64,000 nt of DNA from an uncultured virus (IMG/VR IMGVR_UViG_3300044612_002367) (IMGVR_UViG_3300044612_002367), one strand, 5' to 3'. Shown: positions 1 to 13,906, counted from the first letter of the stretch. Translations and numbers: made by a program. Notes: generated by a model from the sequence alone, not told the origin.

Positions 1-589
1 TTTTTACTCATATCTTGTTTCCCATACGATATTTTTAAAATCCATTTACAACACTCATTGTCCTATCCTTGTAACTTCAAATCCCCATCCTAAAACTCTA
101 AAATTAAAACCCTTTCCCCAATCATAAGTATAATAATACATTTCGGTAGTTAGATCCAAACTAAATCCATAACAATATAAATCATCACTTGGATGCCAAT
201 CAGAGTCTATCTTTGGCTTTTTATGAAATAAGAAACCGAGAGGACTAAACCACTTAATATGAATATCAAAATATTCTTCCCATGAGCGTGGTCTATCTGC
301 CATATAAATTGTTTCAGCGATCATTCTATCTAACTCGTCTTGATCCAATATTTCTTTTAAGTCTTTCATTTTAGCAATACCATGTAGTAAGTGAAACTTA
401 GTATCCAACTTATCCAGAAAATGAACAAACAAAGGTTAAGAACCCAATAGGTTTGACCTAGATAGTTTAGGCGAAACAAGTTCACTATGCTACCTAATAG
501 TATAAGAGAAAAAACTGCTAGAGTTATGCTTACTCCTGTTGCTAATCCTATGCTAGATAACACTCGCCCTATAAAAAATAAAATATTCA

Positions 590-904
590 TTATACTTCTA
601 GTATTTCTGCTATTTCTTCTAACACACTTTTTCTAACACCTTTACTCATATTACTCAATAAGATATGATTCTTAAAAAATTCTTCACCCTTTTCTTTCAC
701 AATAACCCCAAAAGAGTTTCTTGTCCATCCACCAGATAATGAACGAACCCCAGCAAAATCAACCTCAACATTAAAGCCAAGATCAATTTCTTCTAGTATG
801 CTTTTGCGTAATTCAGTAGCTAGTTTCGTGCTGCTCAAATCACTACCATACATATCTTTAATTTCGTAATAAATCAATGGCCCCTTCATATTATTCCTTG
901 TCAA
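590..904 (-). CDS. STAS-like (DUF4325-type) protein
   Basis: Pattern LRKSILE..VEVDFAGVRSLS...SFG resembles stand-alone STAS-like domains; recognised by eye. Confidence 0.55.
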   Translation of the reverse strand: MTRNNMKGPLIYYEIKDMYGSDLSSTKLATELRKSILEEIDLGFNVEVDFAGVRSLSGGWTRNSFGVIVKEKGEEFFKNHILLSNMSKGVRKSVLEEIAEILEV

Positions 905-2774
905 AATCTAGTAAGTCTGGATTAATTAAGTCTATCATATGGTATATTAACTATCATAAATATTTCTTAAACATTAAGGGGCCGATACGAACGAACTTAT
1001 ATGGAACTCCACTATTAAATCGTGTTCCATAATAAAACAAGTTAGTTATACTCCACCCTATCCAAACTATTGTCATCTTTTTCCTTTGTATTGAAAACGC
1101 CCCCATTATCGTTGGTTAATATCCTGCGTGAGAAATCTCAACAATACGGATATTAGAGCAACAGGACGTTACATTTGGCGATCAACTCAAATGTGACTGT
1201 TAATTCAGTTCTTCTCCAGTATTATAGTCTATAATTGGCTTTTTACAAGCCTCAATCATTTTTTCTAGGTTCCACTGCAATCCCTCAACATCATCTGATA
1301 ATGGCAAAGATATTCTGCCTATGCTTGGGTTATCCAAATATTTATCATAATATACATCATGAATTTCATAAGAGATATCTGTTTCGCCAAGAGGAATCTT
1401 GGTTACTTTTTTAACGACACGATAATTCCAAGCCATTATTCTACTCCTAGTTCTTGATCCAAATCACTAAGTTTTTGTAACGCCTCTAATCTTTTCTTCT
1501 GGCTCTTATAGACATTTACTGATCTATTATGTAAATCAACAATATATTCCGCCGTTTCTTTATCTACGCTACCATCTGGTATAATACAATCGAAATCTCT
1601 TGTAATATCTTCTTTAATCCAGTTGCTTATTTTTTCTTTAAATTTTATTGATTCAGATGGGATTATAACTCTGCACCAACAACTTTCTCCAGTATTACAA
1701 AAAGATAGTTGCCAGGGTATAGTTAAACTATACTTATGGGCTTCATCATAATTATCAAATATCATTTGTGTTTTTTCTTTTTGGGTTTTTTGGATTCTAA
1801 AATAGTATCTAGTTTAGATATATATGAGTGATATGTTTCGTTCTGTATTTTTTCTATTTCTTTTTTCTTCTTTTTTTCATGACGATATTTTGTAAATTTA
1901 ACTTTTACTTGTTTGATTCCATAAAACATAATTATAAATGGAGCAATAATAATGAGCAGTAAAGCTATTATACCAAGAACATATATTCCATATTTAAAAA
2001 CATATAATATATCTAGGTCTGTCATCGGGTCACTACTATTTTAACACCATCAAATTCATGACGATCATAAGAATCGTGCATCCCACAAGAATAAGGCTTA
2101 TTTACTACTCTAAAATCAAAATCCCAGGCTTTACCATCAACACCTTCTTTTTTAAGATGACTAACAATAATATCTCTTAAATTGTCTATGGACAGATCAA
2201 TCTCTGTTTTATTTTGTATTTTCATTCCTGCACCTTTGTTCCCATATCATAGGGGTAACCATTTTCGGGATCATTACTATAAACCCCTTCATAGTCATTA
2301 TCCCACCAAGGAATTTTACTATCGGGCAATTCATTATCTGTGTCAGTGGTCATATCATTCTTTCTACTTGAACAACTCATGATTATTTACTCTTTTTCTT
2401 TTTGCTCTTTTTATGAAACTTATTCAGAGTGTCTTTGTACTCTTGTTTCATTCTATCTACTAACTTTAGTTTGTTTTTCTTTTTTACTATTTTAATCTTT
2501 ATCTTGTTAATTAACCCGAAAAAAATCATGAACGGAAGAAAACATAGTGAAAGTATTAGCAGTAATCCTAGTAGCAAAGCAATATTGTAACCTATATATT
2601 GTATCCACAAAGAAAGCCAAATAAACCAAGCCTCTAGAGTATAGAGATTTTCGTATAGGTGAGCATACTTTTCAAAATTATTCATCATTTATTTTATTAG
2701 TAAAAGCAACATTCCAGTCTTACAGGAACCTTGCTGAATCTCTACGGTAGTTGATTAAAGGATTACCCGCGATC

Positions 2775-3392
2775 CTAACCTACTGACTCAACTATATCAT
2801 ACGTTTCTAGTTCGTCAAGACACACAAACTTTGTTTTACCATAAGTTATAGTCCTACTCAAGTGGTGATGACCGTGAATCCACAACTTAGGTTCGTGTAT
2901 TTTGAACAACTCTCCCAAAGCCCAATTAGTAATATTCTCATACATTCTAGAATGTGGCCCAATATATCTTGGAACCATAAAGTCTGGACAATCATGAGTT
3001 ATCATAATTTCTGGCTTAATTTGTCGGTATAGTTCTCTTGCTTTCATAAACTGATCTATAGTTACCTGTTCATCTTTCCACCAATCTATACCAATAGTTC
3101 GATATTGACGATCAATGCTGTATGCTCCACGGTAATAAAAAAATGGAATTTTATTTAAAACTGTATTTCCGTAGTCACCCATAAAATGAGAATAGTTATA
3201 GCAAACATCATAGTTATCATGATTGCCGGGAAGAATCAAGTGTCTAGTAGAATCTACATTTTTTAATGTATCATACCTAAACCCGAAATCTCCTATCTGA
3301 ATTGTGTAGGGATACTTGTCGGTTTGGCTTATAATCTTATGATACTTATCATATTTACCATGAAGATCACCGATTATTGTTATCTTGTTCAT
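2775..3392 (-). CDS. Calcineurin-like metallophosphoesterase
   Basis: Motifs IGDLHG, IGDFG, GNHD, THD and HGHHH in canonical order. Confidence 0.9.
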   Translation of the reverse strand: MNKITIIGDLHGKYDKYHKIISQTDKYPYTIQIGDFGFRYDTLKNVDSTRHLILPGNHDNYDVCYNYSHFMGDYGNTVLNKIPFFYYRGAYSIDRQYRTIGIDWWKDEQVTIDQFMKARELYRQIKPEIMITHDCPDFMVPRYIGPHSRMYENITNWALGELFKIHEPKLWIHGHHHLSRTITYGKTKFVCLDELETYDIVESVG

Positions 3393-4479
3393 AAGACTGT
3401 AATCTTTTTTCTAATTCTTCTATCTTATCCAAACATTCGTTTCGTCTATTATGCCACAATCTGCTCAGTCCCGTAAAGTTATCATTATAACTGGTTGTAT
3501 CGCCCTTGTCAAATACAAAATCGGCTATTTGCTCAGACAAGTTTAACAAATCTTCTCTACTTATTAAATGATTGGTTACTCCATCATATCCAAACATTCT
3601 AAGAAGAAAACATTTACCTCGTAAAAAAGGATTATGATGAAGTTCAACTTGAATATCATCGTTTATGATAATATGTTGGTTTCTATATTCACTCATTTTA
3701 TTCTATTAAAATCAATAATAATAGGACTAGGTGATGAAACTGGTTTTTCGGGTTGATTTTTAAAACAAGGACAATCCGGGTGATGTAAAATAAATCCAGA
3801 ACTTGGCATTATAAATAAATGCTCGTCATGTAAAATTGTAAGACAATAATGGGATTTGCTGATTGTAACCTTTTCTCTTTCGTATCTTTCTTTTTTGATA
3901 AACTCTGGTGGCTCACAACCAGTTAGAAACAATATGCAAATTAATACAAGACTAAGCTTTTTCATAAGGCTTAATTATCCATCCCAATTTTATTAAATCC
4001 AATCTTACTTCATCAGCAACAACACCCTCGCCAACAAAACCCTCTCTCTCACCAATTCCAGAACAATAGTAATCCATATAATCATTTCCGCCATTAATTT
4101 CGCTAACTATTCCTCCAGAATGTCTCCAAGAACAAGTCCATTCATCTTTTCCATAGAAAAATCGGTTATTACATAAGGCAGCGTATAGATTTTGACTATA
4201 TACTTGGCTACTTTTACACTTTTCAATAATGTTTTGATTTGATAACAAATCTTTTTCTAGGTCTGGTTTCATAAATCTATATTAACTCCATGTTGGTTTA
4301 GTAGTCTATAAAATTCTTCTCGTATTTTATCTAAAGCATCATCAGCATCTTTAAAAGAATGTTCATATTTACGCCAATTTCTTAATTGCTGACTAAAATC
4401 CCATAAAAAACTTTGAGTTTTCGGGGCTTGAATAGCAAGATCAAATTCTCTTTGATCGTCAGGTAAATTAAACTGAAGA

Positions 4480-4926
4480 TTAGCCCGCATATGTTTTACT
4501 CCTACAATCTTCACAAAGAGTAGTTATCCATCCTCCCTTATTTGGGTTGCCCTTTTGTCCACAAACTTCACAAACGTGATAACTAAAATTCTCAGCCATG
4601 CTAACAAGACCTTCAATATAATCATCCCCACCACTAAAATAAACTCTTAATCCACCATATTTTTCTTTGATCTGGTCAAATTTAACGGGGAAATATTCTG
4701 GTTTTTCTTTGAGTTTTTCTGGATCATTCTTTTCAAGATATTCTCTATTCGATTTAATATTGTCCTCATGTTGTTTAATCATCCAACAAAGAGAAGATAG
4801 TATATCATACCAACCATTATTGCACTCTATACCCCATGCCATACAACTGGACATAATATCTTTGTTCTTATTAGAGAATAAGTCTGGATATTTCTCGTAT
4901 AGTTTATTTTGAAGTTCAGCGTTCAT
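4480..4926 (-). CDS. Conserved phage hypothetical protein with C-terminal CxxC..CxxC
   Basis: QIKEKYGGLRVY...CEVCG...TLCEDC; translationally coupled to neighbours. Confidence 0.7.
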   Translation of the reverse strand: MNAELQNKLYEKYPDLFSNKNKDIMSSCMAWGIECNNGWYDILSSLCWMIKQHEDNIKSNREYLEKNDPEKLKEKPEYFPVKFDQIKEKYGGLRVYFSGGDDYIEGLVSMAENFSYHVCEVCGQKGNPNKGGWITTLCEDCRSKTYAG

Positions 4927-5688
4927 TTAGCACCATATACTTTGACGAATTTTAATAAGATCAATCATCATTTTAGTATCTTCTTTATCATACTTTTCTT
5001 CAGTATCTTGTATGAGTTGTAGAGACTTTTCTAGTTTTTTATTTCGTTTGCTAGATAATATATCGTCACAATCTTGTTCCTTAAATCCCGCAACATCGTG
5101 CGGGTCTGGTCTATTGGGGCGGATATTTTTCCACCAGTTATATAGTTCTAGTATTTTCTTTGCTGTTTTGGATTGTTGAGTTGGTTTACCATAATCTTTT
5201 TCTTCCTTATTATAGCCCATAGATTCATCATTAACTAAACTTTTTGCCCAATTAAGATGGTCTAATCCTGCGTCAACGCATCTGCCTCTTTTAAACTTAT
5301 ACTTTTTAGCGTTATCCCACTTGCTCAAGTGAGCCAATTCAACTTCTACATAATCCACCAACTCATTAAACAACCCATGTATAATACGATAATCAAATTC
5401 ATAATAGTGTCCAGGCTCTAGTCCAGTTTTAAGGTAGTGGGTTTTATCAAAGAATCTATTGTGGATATAAATACTAATCGTATGATAAATATCTAGTGGA
5501 AAATAGACAGTATCTTGTATTTGTTTTAATACAGTTTCACTAAGATAGTATCTAAAAGGGTGGGCTTTTTGAGCGTCCTTTCTCCAAGTCTCCCATTCGT
5601 CCCATCCTAAAGCATACGGTTTCTTCGTGCCGCGAATAAAATCCGCAAACTTTGAACAGTTCCAGTGATTTAGTCTAGTTTTTATCAT
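4927..5688 (-). CDS. Hypothetical phage protein (253 aa)
   Basis: Long ORF coupled to flanking genes; no motif recognised. Confidence 0.75.
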   Translation of the reverse strand: MIKTRLNHWNCSKFADFIRGTKKPYALGWDEWETWRKDAQKAHPFRYYLSETVLKQIQDTVYFPLDIYHTISIYIHNRFFDKTHYLKTGLEPGHYYEFDYRIIHGLFNELVDYVEVELAHLSKWDNAKKYKFKRGRCVDAGLDHLNWAKSLVNDESMGYNKEEKDYGKPTQQSKTAKKILELYNWWKNIRPNRPDPHDVAGFKEQDCDDILSSKRNKKLEKSLQLIQDTEEKYDKEDTKMMIDLIKIRQSIWC

Positions 5689-7297
5689 TTTGCAACATGG
5701 CTTCTAAATATTGTTTAATATCATTATGAAACTCTTCTTTATCAATGTCCAAAACAACAGCCGCATGATATAGTATATGATCGCGTGGATCATTTCCATC
5801 ATTAATAAATTCTTGATAACCGATTTGTTCACAATCACTATCAAAAATATATCTGGCACACTCTATAGATGCAGTCTCATAATCAATTGACATAAACATT
5901 CTCCTTACTAAGAATTTCTACAACAGTAAATCTATAAAATGATTCTGTATATATATTATACCACTGACCATTAATACTTACATAATTTTCACTTGGCGAC
6001 CACTCAAAAATTCTGCCGTCACAAAGTTCACCATAATAATTCTTATAGATGAACCTTGTGCCTTCTGGCAAATTCTTTTTATTAAATTCAATTCTTGGCA
6101 TTAGTAGTCCTATGCTTCTTTTGCTTAGAAAGTCTACTCAGAATATCCAGATACCTCTGAGCATCATCCTTGCTTTCAAATTCGGTCACAATACTCTGAC
6201 CATCACTCTTAGGTAGATTAATAGGTTGACCGTTCTGAGTCACCACAAACTTGCCATTCTTCTGCATAATACCAAGAACACTATTCATCACTTATTCTCC
6301 ATTTTGTTAAAGTACTCAATAACACCATCAAACTTTTTCTGAATCTGTTTTTGTTGTTTAAGATTACAAGAAATATTATTCTTATTCTTGTTGCTCAGTG
6401 GTTCAACACCGTCAATAACAGGAGGCTCATAATCAGAGCATACCCACTTGACATTTTCATGATTTTCAAAAAAGTCAGTATCAATTTCACCAAGAGCCTC
6501 ATAAACATCATCTTCACTATCTGCATTGATAACAAAAGATGCTCTTTTAGCCTCGACATAATTCATACTTACAAAAAACTTTGGCATTATTGTCTCCAAA
6601 ACGGATAAGTGTTATGCTGTGTAGTATACCATGCTATCGGTTAGTGTCAACAGTGTTCTTGAGTTTTATTGTTTAACGCCACCAAAATAAAAGTTCATTT
6701 TGCAATTTTTAGGATTATATTTACTAGTATGAGTTATGCTACCATCATTATTAGTAGTAGTAAAAGTACCAGTATGAATAATGTGTCCTATAGTATAGTT
6801 AGGATTTAGTAAATGAAACTCTGATTTTTCATGGAACCAATTCCAGTGGGTATAGTCTGAAGATTCTTCAATATCATCAAAAGATACTGAAATCATAACA
6901 GTCATATCTAGATTGTCTAACAAATATTGATGAAATGTATTAGCCATCGTAATGTTTCAAATAAATATTATTGGCCCAAGTAAATAAAAAAATACCAGCA
7001 AATACGGGCCAGCCTAGTTGAGATACTATGATATAGGATGCTAGTATCATTATAAGCACAGTGATAGTATATAGTGCTATTTTATATTTTCTTGATTCCA
7101 TTGTCTAGTCTTTCTAAGATAGTTTATAATATGATTGGCTACATTACTCACACTATCATTCCATTCATAATGAGCAGTTACTAGATTTCGTATAGTATAT
7201 CTCTCATCATCTGTTAATCCATCGCTAATATCTGAGCCACCATATTCATGATCTATATAATCAGCAACTTTGTATGTAAATTTTTCAAGATTATTTT

Positions 7298-7678
7298 TCA
7301 TATATTACACCCACCAGTAAAGATTATACCTCGTTGTCGCGGCGGGTCAAATGGTTCATCAAATTTTTTGATATTACTCACAACCCAACCATATTTTGGT
7401 TTGTTATTTTTCCATCCATAATTCTTATCATCCTCTTCAACTTTATGCCTATTATAGTCATCTTTCCAAGATATTATATCTGGATATCTAAAAGAATGAC
7501 TAAATGTAATAGTCCCTATGATTCTACTTTTAAATTTTCTTGTTTTGCCAGGAGTTTCTATAAGTGCTAACTCAACTCCTTCGTACTTTTGTGGTAGGGG
7601 ATATGAGCGTGTCTCAACGCTTTTCTCGTTATCAATTAAAAGATAGGCCCAGGGGGCTTGTATATTTATACCAGTCAT
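7298..7678 (-). CDS. ASCH-domain protein
   Basis: N-terminal GINIQAPWAYLLIDNEKSVETRSY matches the ASCH KxxExR signature; downstream IIGTI and YGW. Confidence 0.8.
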   Translation of the reverse strand: MTGINIQAPWAYLLIDNEKSVETRSYPLPQKYEGVELALIETPGKTRKFKSRIIGTITFSHSFRYPDIISWKDDYNRHKVEEDDKNYGWKNNKPKYGWVVSNIKKFDEPFDPPRQRGIIFTGGCNI

Positions 7679-10600
7679 TTGTGAGTCAACTCAAGTTTTG
7701 TTCGATCTTGAATAATTTGTTGAAAAACATTCCCCAAAGAAGTTGACCAATTATTAGTAATCCCATTAGTATCTTTGATTGTCCAATAATAGATACCGTC
7801 AATATACTCTATTGTAATAGTCATTTGACCCACTCATAATACCCATAAGTAATAGCCTCTTCTATTGAACTTTGTGGATTCTTTTTCATATAAGATAGAG
7901 CAAATAATACTACTTCTGGAGTTAAACCATATTTGTTAGAGTGGTAGATATATTCACTCACAATATCCAGATTATTACTATTTAACTCAGTCATATGATG
8001 ATTTGTAAAGTCCCACAGTCAGATCATCTTTCCTATAATTCTCATTACGATTATAAATAGGAAAATTGCCGTGAAAATTTGGGTCTATACTTTTGATAAA
8101 AGAGTCAGTATGTTTGCAACCCTCCCAAAAATCACTAAAAGTTCTAGCCTGCTCAACACTATTATCACGAACCACAATAAAAGTCCAATTCATTTGGAAT
8201 TCTCCACAAAACTATTATCAAAACTCTGACAAAGAATATCAACATCTTCCTTACTATAAGGCCAGATATTAGGAAGGCCGAAAATTTCTCGCGTTTTCAT
8301 AGTCTCTACCATAAATTCCAACGCATCCACAACCATCTCCATATCATGCTTTTCAATGTAGTAATTCATATAAACTCCAAAGTAAAAATTCGGTTTTATC
8401 TGTATCTTATCACTAAGATTAGCAGCGTATGCAACTTAATCATGCCTTACTAATTTGCTGATAGCAGACCCTCAACCGAAAAGGGGATAACTCCAGTATA
8501 CCTTGTTATCGGCAGTTGTCAAGGTTGTGCTTTAAAAAAAGAAACGACGGCATAATGTTGTCTCTTCTTATTGTTCATCAATCTTAATCGTATGCTCTTT
8601 AACTTCCTTAATCAGTTGCTTCAAAGTGTCATTATCTTTAAGATCTGATAAAGTATAGTTTACTTTCCTGTTGTTTCTTGAATTTGGATTTAAGTCTCCT
8701 AAAAATAGTATACTAATAGCCAAACCGGAACTCACAATGAGTGTTAAAATTAGTCCAGCACCAAAAATATAAATTTCCATGTTAATCTCCTCTACGATTT
8801 AATAGTAAATTTCCAAGAGATAGGAAACTAGGAACCCACAATCCCACAAATAATCCACAATCTTTTGCATTTTCAACTCCGCTAAACCATAATCCTGTAC
8901 TTAAAGCGAAACTTAGAAATGCTGCGATAATAATACTGATCTTGAACGGTGTCATAATAAACCTCACTACCTTAAAAGGTTGTTAAAATCTGTTTCACAA
9001 ACCCCATTGTACCATATCTCTCTTATAGAGTCAATAGTCTTTGTGAATAATTCTTAATTTATCACTTCTACCAGTGATGTTAGAACATTCTTTCAATCTT
9101 GTGAAGTTTATTTTCCACAATCTCTATAATAGCATCGGCCGAACCAATTATTTCCTCAATACCATCAATAATAGTATGATCTCCAATACTCAAAGAGTCA
9201 ATCTTGTTGGCATGAGTTTTAATTATATTGGCTAATTCCAATAAATCTTTTTTATCAAGATCATTCATATTTTTCCTCGCATCCTGCTCTACAATCTTTT
9301 AATTGATTACTTTGTTTAGTTGATCGTCCAAACATCTTATAATATCAGTTCTTTCTAAGTAAACTTTAACTACTTGATTATTAAAGTTGAATTCTCTCCA
9401 GACATTACAGCAAGCACAAAGAGGCTCGTATTCTCCGCACTGTGGCCCAAAATATTTCTCAACTTCATAATAGGTCATTGGAACCTCAACCCTAATCCAA
9501 TCTAGGTTGGTTCCAAACTTCTTTTTTAGGGCGAATAGTTGTTGGTCAGGATTACTTCTCATTATCTTCCCTTATAAGAAACAGCATTAAGACTACTATT
9601 CAAAATCATAACACAAGCCCAATTTAACCAAGAGTATTCAATACTAGTTTTAAATAGTGTATTAACTGCCCAAATTTGAATAAAAGGCCCAACAACTATA
9701 AAAAATAGTGCTAGTAAGAATAGTAATATGAAAAACCCTAATTCAACTTTTACTTGTTTCATTTTATTATCTTAATGGATAGTCTTTTTGATTATTATAC
9801 AACTTATCTGCTAACATAGCAATTTGTCTTTCGCTCCAGCCCGCAAAATATCCCCTCATAAAGATTTGGGTCAATTGATTACGATCTGGTTCATTCTCAT
9901 AATATTTTCTAACTGCTTCAACCCAAAGTTGGGTAGCAGACTGTAGGGGATTTTCGGTCATGATTTTTCTCCAAGATTGTTAAAATATCAACAGCAATAC
10001 TCAAAAGATAACTACATTGATTATGACTCATTGGCCTAAGAATAGGCATTTCATTAGCCTGTTCATAAACGGTCAAAAAAGTTTGTATAGTCTCTTTAAG
10101 TTCGTTAGTCATTATTTTTCTCCAATAGTTTCATAAATAAAATCGGCTAACCCCTTCAAATCTTCCCCTATAAGAAGGATTAGTATATTTCATTTCTTTT
10201 CTTTAATTTTTTTATGAACTAGATCACTGAGTATTTTCATATCATCTTCATTCAAATTTAATTTTTCGATCAATTCTGCGATTGGTCTTAAAATCCCATA
10301 ATCAGATAAGAATCTTAAACTTTTCCACAATTGATCGTCTATCACCATATCTTGCATTATTTCTTTTCCCCCATACTCTCATAAATAAAATCGGCCAAAC
10401 TCTTTAGTTCTTCCCTATAATCGTTTCTGTGGGCTTTTAACCCTTCTGAGCCTTGATTATTTGATTCTTGTACCATTTCATGCCCATTTACCATAATTAA
10501 AGAATTGATTATTAGTTACAAGAGGCTTGATTTCTCGTAAACGGTTATGAATAATGGTCAAATTATTACGATCAACACTCATTTTATCATGCAAAGTTTG

Positions 10601-11392
10601 AGATATGACCGTTTTTAGAAGGGCTATTTCTTTATCCGTTAGAAGCACGTTACGATACATAAAAATTCATTTTCCCCGAAAGATATTAAGAAAACTACAC
10701 CTATCCCAATAATCCAGCATACCACAAGGTATAGGGTTGTCAAGAGAGTTATCGGCCATTGTCTAGATTGGCCTTTAATCTAAATTTTCACCACCGGCAT
10801 ATTCAATAAGTAAAAATTGCTCGATTTTAATGGAAAATAGATCATAAATACTTATTCAGAAGCTGGTTCTGTTGATATGTGGAATTTTTGAGAAGTATAT
10901 TCGGGGGTATTTGAGGGTTGTAAATACATATTTTGAAAAAAATAATGTACAGAAATCATTGAAACTATAGTAACTAGACCTACAAATGCTAGATTCTTGA
11001 TAAAAGGCTTATGAAATTCGTCATTTTTCATTTTTCGTTCCTAACTATAAAAATGGTGCAGAAAATAAGAACTGTGTAAAGAATTCCCAAAAACATCCAG
11101 ATATAAAACTCTTGGCTACTCATGATCTGTTCTGTACCTTATGGATAGGAATGTCCAGATTGTTAAATATATGAAAAATAATGTTAGGATTGTATTGTTA
11201 CTTACCATAATAGTGGAATATCTTATATATATAAAAACTAGTAAATAATATAATTAAAATTTCCACCAATAATCTGGTCTGGTCATCATGAATCAAGGGG
11301 GCTATTAGGGGCTTGTTAACTAATGTCATATAATATTCTCACTGACTATGAACATCAAAAACAATCTTGATAGATTGGGTAATACAGTGCTA

Positions 11393-12250
11393 TTATTTCA
11401 GAGTTAACTGTTTAGCCTCTTCTAATAGTTGATCTATTCGACCTTGGATTTTATCCTTAAAGTGATCATATGTACCCTTGACCATTTGATGATTAACATC
11501 TTGGGTAAGTTCTAACCAACCAACAAAATAGTTGAAAACTCTATCTTCTGTTTTTAATGGATACTTAACACCATCTGGTCTGCCGAATCTATGAACCCAC
11601 ATTAATTGTGGAATGCAAATAGCCTTGCCACCATTCTTTCTAAATTTTTCATGTATATATCCTTCTTCTCCGCCGAACCCTCTAAAATGCTCGTTAAACC
11701 AAAGCCAATTTTTGGTTTCACAAGAAAACATTCCTAATCCCATCATGGGAATTTCAAAAGGTTGATTAGAATCAAATCCGGCCTTATTAGTATGCCAAGT
11801 TCCATACATACTATCTCTCCATACTGGAGAAAATTCTGTAGAATAATTGATCAAATCATCATACCATAAAGGCCCCTGTACAATATCTTTACAATTAGGG
11901 TTATTACTATAGTATTCTAATAATTTATCTATTCCGCCGGATTTTATCATCACATGGCAATCAATAGATATAGTATATTTACCAGTAGAATTCCTAAAGA
12001 TTTCATTCCTAACTGCTGTGCTGGTTTTATTTTTATAAGGGATGTATTTTGCTACATGACCCATCCAGCCTTTTGTTAGGTCTACAACAGCCTTACCATG
12101 AGGACCATCGGGATTATTGTCTATAACTATAAGTTCCACATCTTTGGTGGAGCAAATAGGATGATACATCCTTAATGCTTGAAGACTAAAATAAACCCCA
12201 TGAAAATCATCATAGGTTGACATGCCGATAGTAAGAAGTTTGTTGCTCAT
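11393..12250 (-). CDS. Glycosyltransferase, GT2/GT-A fold
   Basis: LTIGMSTY, ELIVIDN, RNEIF..STGKY..SIDCH (DxH) and FRGFGGEE motifs. Confidence 0.8.
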   Translation of the reverse strand: MSNKLLTIGMSTYDDFHGVYFSLQALRMYHPICSTKDVELIVIDNNPDGPHGKAVVDLTKGWMGHVAKYIPYKNKTSTAVRNEIFRNSTGKYTISIDCHVMIKSGGIDKLLEYYSNNPNCKDIVQGPLWYDDLINYSTEFSPVWRDSMYGTWHTNKAGFDSNQPFEIPMMGLGMFSCETKNWLWFNEHFRGFGGEEGYIHEKFRKNGGKAICIPQLMWVHRFGRPDGVKYPLKTEDRVFNYFVGWLELTQDVNHQMVKGTYDHFKDKIQGRIDQLLEEAKQLTLK

Positions 12251-12788
12251 GCTTCATAGTAATATGAACTATGAACCAGGCAAGTCAAGTATTTTCATAA
12301 ACCAGTTTAGGAATAGGACTATCTCCTATACTATCACTAATTTCTTCTATTTTAATTACTAATACTTTGTTAACCTTTTGTTGTGGGGATAATGATAGTA
12401 TTAAATTAGCAATATCGTTAAATAGTTTTGTATTTTGTAAATTAATATTTTGTAGATTATAATATATCATAAACTCGCTGACTACAACCACAAAAACCAA
12501 TCTGATAAGATGGGCTGAAACAAATCAACCCACCTTACCAGGCAGTATAATTATCACATCTTTAAGAAAAACTCAGTATCAGAAGTTTTCCATTTGTGAA
12601 TTTTAGGTAACTTTACCATTTTACTTATTCGGCCTCTCCTATCCTTAGAACGACCAATAACCGAAATTGTTCCATCATCATTATTCCTAAAAGTCCACTC
12701 GTAATTTTTTATGATACTTTCAGGTGTAGTTTCTTTAGTATCATATATTTCGCCCTCAACCCTAAAGGTTAGTACTCTGTTAAATATT

Positions 12789-13019
12789 CTAGACATTTTG
12801 CACCTCCTCTAAAATTTCTTCTAAATAAATATCTGATATTATTTGAGGATCATGCCTCATAATTTCAAACTCTAACTCATCATTAGTTAAAGATTGTTTA
12901 TCTTTCATCAAACATTGCTTTAGAACCTCTTTAGTTTCTAGAAAATGCAAACCCCCAACAATATCGGTAACATATCTTTCAATTACAATATCTCGATTAT
13001 AATTATCAATCTTATACAT
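12789..13019 (-). CDS. Hypothetical protein, distant paralogue of 13455-13646 and 13907-14098
   Basis: Shared NRD.II..Y...I and LE.EI....P.I pattern. Confidence 0.6.
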   Translation of the reverse strand: MYKIDNYNRDIVIERYVTDIVGGLHFLETKEVLKQCLMKDKQSLTNDELEFEIMRHDPQIISDIYLEEILEEVQNV

Positions 13020-13454
13020 AAAAACCTCATAAACAAAAGTTAAAAATACCCTTGTCTATGATTCCAGCCATCCTTCATGAATTGATAGAGATCACGACTG
13101 ATATCTGGCTTCGTAGCATACTATTATTTTACTATGGGGGCTAGACTTGTCAAACTTTTTTTTAACAAAACTGTGCTAAGTACAATCTTATTAAGATCAG
13201 GTGCTGCCTTGACAAAACCCTACCTAGTAATTAATATTATGCAGGTCCGGGGATGATATATAATATACTATCAGAGTACTTACCACACCAGTCCTTTCCA
13301 CCCAACACTACCATGGAAGAAGCCAATAACCATACTAATAATCAAAATTGTAGTAATATTATCACCTATATTGTTAGGGAACTTGACAGAAAACAAAGTT
13401 GTCATATACTCAAAAAAAAATAGTTGGCCAAGCGGCTCAGTCGCATTAAGACTA

Positions 13455-13646
13455 TTAGTCTTTTAGAATGTCCGGACAGTATTCAAGAATTTCATTCTCA
13501 AGAGGAACATTATCGATAAGATCTTTACTCTGCACCAATTGCTCATAAGCAAAAGCATAGAGAGAATCCCAATCCATATTATCAATTAGTTGGGAGGCAT
13601 ATTCTTCAATAATTTGATCACGATTTTTATCAGTAACTTTAATCAT
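13455..13646 (-). CDS. Small acidic hypothetical protein (paralogue 1)
   Basis: Aligns end to end with 13907-14098. Confidence 0.8.
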   Translation of the reverse strand: MIKVTDKNRDQIIEEYASQLIDNMDWDSLYAFAYEQLVQSKDLIDNVPLENEILEYCPDILKD

Positions 13647-13906
13647 TAACCACCTTATTTAATTTTTTAACCAAATTTTCGAAAGTTTTTTGAACAGCCC
13701 CATTAAGAGCATAATCTTTACTATAGGTTTTTATAGCATCTAATAGTTTCCATGCTTCTTGTTTAGAGATTTCTATTTGCATTTTAATCCTTTTCATCAA
13801 ACCACATATCATCAGCATGTCCCATAGAGATACAACCAATAATAGCAGCCATAAAAAATATATAGATTACATAAATAGATAGTACGAGAGTTTCTAATTG
13901 CATAAT

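Larger units (their letters stand above)
55..10660 (-). other. Run of more than 30 short, tightly packed phage genes, mostly hypothetical
   Basis: Consecutive minus-strand ORFs with abutting or overlapping start/stop codons (e.g. 1200-1436/1436-1765/1762-2025/2022-2225; 3367-3696/3693-3965/3952-4272; 4480-4926/4927-5688/5675-5899). Confidence 0.85.
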
